DNA of 64,000 nucleotides from Podarcis liolepis (taxonomy: Eukaryota): the NCBI GenBank assembly GCA_965112155.1, contig OZ218099.1. One strand, given 5' to 3'. How positions within the stretch are numbered: position 1 is the first letter of the stretch; every line of letters starts with the position of its first letter. Shown in pieces: positions 56,135 to 64,000 of the stretch. The position numbers and the translations under genes were made by a program. Under the pieces are notes generated by a model. The model searched no databases, was not told the origin of the DNA, and saw only the letters and a program-made list of their open reading frames with translations.

Positions 56135-59100
56135 TAATAATAAATCCCCACTTGTCATTCCTACTCATAAAATGAAATATGAACTGGGCCTTCGTGATTA
56201 TTTCCCATAGTCAAACGTATCACTTTGACCCTTGTTTCACCATTTCCAATCTCAATAAACAGCGGCAAAATCACCTAGTAGTACAGGAGCAGGGCTGCAG
56301 TTAACTATCTGTCAGTAAATGATGGAAACTTAAAACTGATGCTCTGCATTCATAGCAAAATAAGTGTTTAGTGGAGCATGAGTAACTTTAATTATTTATG
56401 TCTAATACATAGTATAGAGGTTGCCCTTTCATTACATTTCCGCTGGAGAAGATATGTATGGATTATCTATACCTATGCGGTTAGTCACTTAATGTTATAT
56501 GAAATAGTATCTAATAAAAATGCTTCTTCCTGCATGTAAACTAGAAACACTCACATACAGAGGCGCGCACACACTTTTGTTTAACCTGTGCTATTTTTGT
56601 GAAATGTTTATAACCCTCAATTAGCTGCTGTAATCACGATGGAAATTTAGAAAAGATTATCAATGGCTATCAGATGCAGATGGGGGATTTGTACGTCACT
56701 CTGCTTCAACTTCATTGGTGTGCCATGTTTATAATGGGCTCACATCAAAGCTCAGCTGAACAGCGCCGGGAATTGACAGTAGATCACAGAGCCCTTTGTA
56801 CAGGAAGAGTGAAGGGAACTCAGTTTCAGGGGGGCTGAAATAGGATGGGATCTACGAAGATAAATGGTTCTGAGGATTGCAGACTCGACTACTATGTTTC
56901 TTACATTCACTGCTACAGCGTAGGTGCCCTATAGCTTTTTGGGGGGTGGCATGGTTTTTGGATGTTCTGTATGCTTTTCTAATCAAATGAGTATTGCATT
57001 TTATTTTATTAGGCACTGATTACTTGTAAAGTAAAATTATCAGAATAAGTATGCAGTGAAGTATTTCCTTCACTGTAAATCAATGCAGGTAAGTGACACC
57101 TGAAAGCTAGCAGCAGCCGTTTCAGAACCATGATAAAATTATATTCGATTCCATGGTATCTGCAAACCTTTCAACATTTCAGATGACTTGTTTGGGCTTA
57201 CAGTTCTTATCTACTTTCTAGGCGGTTTCCAGAGAATAGTATAAATAGTCAACCAATGCAAGATTTGTTTTGCTCAATAGTTATACTAATAGAGGTATTA
57301 AATATTGCTTACATGACCTGTTAATGACTCTGTGGATTTTATTAATATAATGAAAGAAGCTTTTTTAAAAGCTATATTTATATAACAATAGAACATATAT
57401 AAAAGTTCAGATATAAAATAAAAATACATAATCTTTTCATTTTTATTTATAGATTAGAATTTCTTTAGGAATGTGATAATTTTTTATAGAGCATAGAAGA
57501 GGAATTGTATGGGAAAGCACTGCAATTTATGTTTGATTATAAGGGCTTTGTGTGTATGTGCAACAGCTTTTGGGGGGGGGGGCATATTTAAAAGCATTTC
57601 CTTCTTAAATCTAAAAGATTACCTCCAAACTGAAGGGAGAGAGAAAGTGTTGATATTTATTAAACCTATCCTAGTTCCAAAGCCAATACATCTTTTCTCA
57701 TATTTAGGATTCATTATGATTATTGTTTGCATTATATTTTTAAATCCATGTAAAGGTGTTTGTGTGCTTACTTCTTAATGACAAATGTGGTAATGTGACA
57801 TCATATTAACTATTGAAGCATTCCTTGATATCATATGATTGCATTTTTAAAAAAAACAACAGATGTGTGCATGTGTGTCCATATTATTTTTTGCTTTTTC
57901 AAAGGGGAAGTTATTTGTGTTTTCAGATATTAGGAACCATATAGTGTGGGTGTGTTGATTACAGCCTTCTTGAAAAATTACCTACGCTTTCCCTTCTAAA
58001 GAACAACCCCATTGAATTATATCAATTAGAGGTTATACTCTTGTGTGTTATGGAACAAACTACTGAAGAAACAGCCCCAATGCGATTAAGTAATTGAGGC
58101 CATTCTGCAATAATTAAGTCCTTGATAGTCAAAGTGCCTCAATCTAGGATTACTTAGTCTCATCATTTAGGATTTATTTAAGATTTTAAAGTAAATTTCC
58201 TTGGGTCTCTCTTCTGACCACTGAGTCTTGGGCTGCTTTCTAGTGATCGGTACAAAACCTGCACAGAGGGCTTTTATTTTGAAGTTTTGATCTAGGAACC
58301 ACACTGTACTTTATTCCTGACCATCCATCACCCTACCCATCCTAGCAAAATGAAAGCAGTTTTAAACGCTGGTGGTGAGCTGGTTCTGGAGCTGGAAACA
58401 CAATCTGTTATATCACTGTTAGACTTTAATATTCGTAAGGGGACAACAAAGTCAGAATGAAGTGTGCTTTTAAAAAGTATCTCTGGGGACGCACAAAACT
58501 GAACTATAGGCCAGGGAGTCCCAAAGTCTTTTCCTGTTCCCACCCCACCCTAGGCTTTAAGGATCATGTTTCATAGGTCTGTGGCATACAATAAATTAAT
58601 ACCCTGACAGCCAGAAGTACCTGAGAGACAGGCAGAACACAATATTCAAGACTATAAAAGGGAAAGTGCATAGACCATGGAATTATTTATGACTGTTCCT
58701 ATTGAATTGTTCAGATGAAGCACTGTAATATATGGTGTCCCTATGCATTATTACTTAGACACAAGCCTTATTGAGTTCAGTGGGATTTGCTCTGAAATGA
58801 GCAGATACATGCTTGCAGATATGGTACAGTAGTCTTCGACCCAAACTTACATTTAGAGACCCATTTCTTAATTTTTGTTACCATATTTGTATGGTGATTA
58901 CTGTTGCACCCTTCATCTGAGTAATGGGTCCCAAACTTATATAATTTTATATAATATTATATAAGCCTTTCATTTAGACTTCCTCAGATGTATGCTTCTT
59001 TCAAGTTACTTGTCTGAGCATTTGACGTAGGCTGAGAACCACTGGATTAAACCACTGTTTTCTTTGAGAGGTACTTATAACCTTGTGGAGACTGGGCTGT

Positions 59101-59812
59101 TCATTCTTTTTCATCCTGTACATGTTACACTAATCTAGCAGGTTTTTACCATGTCAGGTGGAGATAAGGACACATTTCAGGGTGGGAACTAGCATTGATA
59201 AAGTTATCTTGTGATAATTACTCATTTTATCAGGTGACTGACTCTGCAACATGATTTATTACTACTTGCACAAGGGGCTTGAGGCAAAGTCATAGGGAGT
59301 ATATCTCTCAGCTGCACCAGCTTTGATAAAACTGGCCACCTCTAAACGAAAGGTTGAATTGAGGGGTGGGGGAACAAATGGTGACTAAAATAATCCTGAA
59401 GCTGGGATATGGATCCAGAGAGCAAATCTTGGCTACCTGGTGGCTCTGAAAGCTCTTGCTGGAATGGAATTCTTTGGGTCAATGTTTGAAGCATTTTTGG
59501 AAGCCAAGAACCATACAACAAGCCTGGAGAAATTGGGCAGTTCAAGGGAAGACATTACAGCTTTTGAGAGACATTCTATTTGGATATTGGCTAAGGGTTT
59601 CCCCCTTTTGATTCCCATTTGTGGTATTGCTGTTATCAAAGAGTCTCTGGAAACAAATTATTGCCAAAACCAACATCTACTTAAGAACACTGAAGGCAAT
59701 TTTATACTTCCCAAGAAATATAGAGCTTTGGACCAAATAAATAGCTCACTGGAAAAATATACCTTTAATGAGTTATATTCAACAGTGTTTTACTCAAGAG
59801 TATAACCAGTGA

Positions 59813-60154
59813 GGGATGCGTGTGGTGCTGTGGTCTAAACCACAAAGCCTAGGGCTTGCTGATTGGAAGGTCGGCAGTTCGAATCCCCGTGACGGGGGTG
59901 AGCTCCCATTGTTCAGTCCCAGCTCCTGCCTGCCTAGCAGTTCAAAAGCACGTCAAGTGCAAGTAGAAGTCTGGTGGGAAGGTAAAACGGTGTTTCTGTG
60001 CGCTGCCCTGGTTTGCCAGAAGCGGCTTAGTCATGCTGGCCACATGACCTGGAAAAACTGTCTGCGGACAAACATTGGCTCCCTCAGCCTATAGAGTGAG
60101 TTGAGCGCGCAACCCGAGTTCGCGACTGGACCTAATGGTCAGGGGTACCTTTAT
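59813..60154 (+). mobile_element. Full-length Sauria SINE
   Basis: A-box tggtgctgtggt, B-box gttcgaatcc, ggggtaccttta tail; target-site duplication tataa(c/g)cagtga at 59801-59812 and 60155-60166. Confidence 0.9.
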
Positions 60155-60249
60155 TATAAGCAGTGAAATTATTGAACATTACCAGGTAGTGCTCAGCACT
60201 GCTTGGGAATTTTTAGAATTTATTATTTTTTTAAAGTTTTAAGCAGATG

Positions 60250-60483
60250 CAGTGGTTCCTTGGTTCTTGAATGTAATCCATTCCAAAAGTCCATTTTGGA
60301 CATTCGAAAACCAAGACGCAGCTTCCAATTGGTGCAGGCGCCCCGGAAACAAAAGTCAACAGCCACATCAGACATTCGGCTTCTGAAAACTGTTCAAAAG
60401 CTGGAACACTTCCTTCCGGGTTTTCGGCGTTCAGGAGCCGAAATGTTTGAGTACCAAGGCATTTGAGAACCAAGGTTCCACTG
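60250..60483. mobile_element. Tigger/pogo-like MITE (different family)
   Basis: TIRs cagtggttccttggttct / agaaccaaggttccactg. Confidence 0.8.
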
Positions 60484-60485
60484 TA

Positions 60486-60829
60486 CAGTGGTACCTCGCA
60501 AGACGAATGCCTCGCAAGACGGAAAACTCGCAAGACGAAAGGGTTTTTGGTTTTTTGAGTTGCTTTGCAAGACGATTTCCCCTATGGGCTTGCTTCGCAA
60601 GACGGAAACGTCTTGCAAGTTTGTTTCCTTTTCCTTAAAACCGTTAATACAGTTGCGACTTGACTTCGAGGAACAACTCATAGCATGCGGTGTGGTAGCC
60701 TTTTTTGAGGTTTTTGAAGACTTTGGTGATTTTTGAAGCTTTTCCGAAACCGTGCTTCGCAAGACGGAAAAAACCGCAAGACGAAAAAACTCGCGGAATG
60801 AATTAATTTCGTCTTGCGAGGCACCACTG
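60486..60829 (+). mobile_element. Tc1/mariner-superfamily MITE (family copy 3)
   Basis: Same family as 10694-11038; TA on both sides. Confidence 0.92.
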
Positions 60830-60892
60830 TAGTGTAATTTGTGAGCTTGGACCTGTTATGCCAAAAATTGGGTGAAGTTGAAAGTGGATCAC

Positions 60893-61468
60893 TGTCATGG
60901 ACAGGCTGGATGCAGAGGAGTGGTGGGACAAACCAGCTGGGGAATCCCCAGGAGAAGAGGGCTCAGAGCCAGGAGAGTGGTGGTAGGACAACAATGAGTG
61001 GTCAGAGGGAGACTGGCCGGAGGAGATGTCAGAAGCTGAAGAGGTAACGGGGGTTAGTGAGTAGGAACGGGCTGTCGCAAAGAGCATTCCAGAAGCAGAG
61101 GGAGGTCAAGAAGCAAAGTGGAGTCAGGCTGATGAAGAAGCCTGGAAAACTCTCCTTCCTGCTGTTAGTTGCTTCCTCCCTGATCTCCCAGAACACACAG
61201 AGAAATGAAGAGGGCAGAGCAAGAAAGAGCAGGCGAATGAGCCTTAGGCTGCTGGGGAAGAAACCGGGAGAGGGGCCTTAGAGAGTAGTGGGAAGGCAGG
61301 GACTTTCAGTCCTTGCAACTGACTCGTTGGGGCAAGAGTTGGAAAGAGTTGCTGTGATCACTAGGCCTGTACTGTTTTGGTTCCTTTGAATAAAGAGTTA
61401 CCGGTAACTTGAGTGACACTGGGTGTTTTATTGCTGACCTGCTCATGACTCTGGTAGGACTCCTGACA
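60893..61468 (+). mobile_element. Solo LTR (576 bp)
   Basis: TGTCA...TGACA termini, 5-bp flanks atcac/atcgc, AATAAA at 61389-61394. Confidence 0.75.
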
Positions 61469-62199
61469 ATCGCCCTCAGAATTGCAGGCATATCTGCTAA
61501 TGTAAATAAATAGGATTTATTGTATGTACCAACCACATTTGTATTTCATAAATGAATGGATCAAAAATATTAAGAAAGTAATGTGATAGGCCAGATATTG
61601 CGGTGGCGGGGGGGGGGAATCTTTCCTGCAATTTAATATTATTGGTTAGGGGAAATAAAACCCCATACTACATTGATCACCTCATATTGCTATAATTAGA
61701 TGTCAACATTTGATGTCGGATTATATTTATCAATGTTATAATTTGAATAGCCCTATAATCTTTTTTATGTAGGGCTATGTAAAGTTCTGATTAGGAAGAT
61801 GTTCTATGCGTATTAGCATAAAGCTAAAGCTTTGATTTTTCATAAAGACAAAAACAACGTGGTAGGTCAGTCTATGCAACCATATGACTTTCTTGGTACC
61901 AAGTGTGATATTGGGTTGCTTGATGGTGTGTTTGATCCCCTTTTGTTGTGCAAGAATAATACATTATGCTGGTTTTATTCATCCATCATTGCCTCATGCT
62001 CTTCCTTTTAAGATTATTGCAGATAATTCCTCCCCCAATCTTGTTATGAAACTTCCAGTGATTCCTTTAAGGGATGCAAAACCAGTGGAAGGTACTGTGG
62101 ATCATAGTCCAATCACTCACATGAATTTTAGGACAAAGAGGCTCTAGATGTTTGCTTGTCAGTCTTTTGAAAGGATGAATATTTCCATCTGTGAGCTAC

Positions 62200-62537
62200 T
62201 TCTAGGCTGCATCAACAGAAGTATAGTGTCCAGATCAAGGGAAGTAGTAGTACCACTCTATTCTGCCTTAGTCAGGCCACACTTGGATACTGTGTCCAAT
62301 TCTGGGCACCACAATTTAAGAAGGATGCTGACAAGCTGGAACATGTGCAGACGAGGGCGACCAAAATGATCAAGGGTCTGGAAACTAAGCTTTATGAGGA
62401 GTGCTTGAAGAAGCTGGGTATGTTTAGCCTAGAAATTTTGAAACGGGAGAGATATGATAGCCATCTTCAAATAACTTTAAGGACTGTCACATGGAGGAGG
62501 GAGCATGTTGTTTTCTCCTGCTCTGGAGGGTAGGACT
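62200..62537 (+). mobile_element. CR1 LINE ORF2 fragment, frameshifted
   Basis: [28 protein letters not shown] and [10 protein letters not shown] are CR1 ORF2 C-terminal motifs. Confidence 0.9.
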
Positions 62538-63010
62538 TCAGTACATATAGCTTCAAGCTCTTTCAAGACTGGCCTGATTCTGGTCTGTAGTACCAATATT
62601 TTACGAGTGTTGTGGTATGGTGTTTGTTGTGGCTCTCACACTAATGTATATGGTAGAGATTTTTGTCAATGCAGTTGGATTTCTTGGTATGTTTACAAAC
62701 CATGCAAGCAATGCTTGGTCCCAAAGTCTGGTCATCGATTCGTAAAAATCTCTACCAGGAAGCAGGACCATGTTCTTGGAAGTATTTGCACATTCCTCGA
62801 CTGCCAAAGGAGCAATGGCAGCAGCAGCAACACCAGTAAATATATAGGTTAAAGTGGCTTAGAAACCAATCTGAAGTCAACAAAAGCAAGCATGGTGCTA
62901 ATCAAAGGATATAACAAAAACTCTTCACATCAGTCCCTTAACTGTGATGAATCAGAAAGAGAAAAGTTAATTATTTTTTAATGCACAATGATTATGTTTT
63001 ACCCATTTAG

Positions 63011-63124
63011 GCGGGACTAAGGACGCTTCATGATATTGGACCTGAAATTCGGCGTGCTATATCCTGTGATTTGCAAGAAGATGAACCTGAGCAAAATCAC
63101 CATGAGGAAGAGGAAGTATATAAA
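63011..63124 (+). CDS. CACNA1D: Exon 42 (114 nt): [38 protein letters not shown] (long C-terminus, PCRD region)
   Basis: catttag acceptor, aaa|gtaaat donor. Confidence 0.95.
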
Positions 63125-63940
63125 GTAAATGGACATATAACAAATTGGTTGGCTCAAACTTGTGAAATTTACAAAATTATGCTGCCATCCTATACATGCT
63201 TGCTTTGAAGTCCTGTTGAATTCAGCAGGTTGTACTTCTGAGTAAACATATATAGACTGATAGTAAACATTTTTGTTCAACACTTCAATATTTTTTTCAA
63301 GGGGTTCAGTGCATTCTCTTTATGCCTCAGTTCTTTTACTATAGACTCTCTTATGTGAAGCAATTTGCAGTGCATAATTTCCTTACATTATGAGCAGGTA
63401 AGGTCTATTGAAGTCAGTGAAATTTCTCTCTGTGTAATATTTGGACAAGATGTGCTTATTGCACTACAGGAAACAGCCACACATCCAAGGCAGTGCAGAA
63501 AAAGTACATCAAAATTGGGGGGGGGGTAGTCAAGAGGGTATTAATACTTTTAATAATCATGATTTTAAATTAAATTTTAAGTTATTTTCTATAGGCATGT
63601 CACTTGACATGAATTTCACATGAACAGTTAGAATTAAACTATTTTTAATTACAAAAACAGAAGTTCTCTAGAACACATAAAACTACCAAATCAATAAAGT
63701 GATTGTAAATAAAAGCTGCTTGGTGACCTCCCATCTTTCAATGGAATAAAGCAGGGCTGTAATGGCAAAACTAGCAAACAGTTAATTTTGGAAGTTGGAT
63801 GTTCTCATACAACAAAGATCATCTCTATATTTCAAATGTGCAAGGGGTTTGGACTGCATTCCTCCCTGAAATGTCTGGCCAGGACCACTGTAGAATGATA
63901 ACAGCATTTGCAATATCAACCCCAGAAATCTCCTATAGTG

Positions 63941-64000
63941 GTTGTTGTTTAGTCATTTAGTCGTGTCCGCTCTTCATGACCCCATGGACCAGAGCACGCC
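63941..64000 (-). mobile_element. Bov-B (RTE) LINE 3' end, continues past the window
   Basis: gttgttgtttagtcatttagtcgtgtccg...gaccccatggaccagagcacgcc. Confidence 0.75.

Overview
Eukaryotic genomic DNA from a squamate reptile (Sauria SINEs, Bov-B, CR1, L2 and Penelope-like repeats; a lacertid lizard is plausible but this is inference). The whole window lies inside one + strand gene, CACNA1D (Cav1.3 L-type Ca2+ channel alpha-1 subunit). I traced 30 coding exons by splice signals and phase, from the domain II pore loop (exon ~16) to the proximal C-terminus (exon 42); exon numbers follow the usual mammalian Cav1.3 convention and are approximate. Most six-frame ORFs are artefacts. The interesting layer is RNA processing: (1) a U12-type minor intron; (2) two mutually exclusive exon pairs (IIIS2, IVS3); (3) a 30-nt IVS2-S3 microexon resembling the avian hair-cell insert; (4) several candidate or degenerate microexons and a duplicated acceptor around the IVS3-S4 exon; (5) an intronic editing-complementary sequence ~2.8 kb upstream of exon 41 that pairs with the IQ-domain codons and also covers an internal splice acceptor; (6) a Penelope-derived perfect 71-bp inverted repeat carrying a minimal hammerhead-ribozyme motif. 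Introns also hold TA-flanked MITEs, SINEs, LINE fragments and a solo LTR. Repeat family names and protein comparisons are from recall, not database searches.
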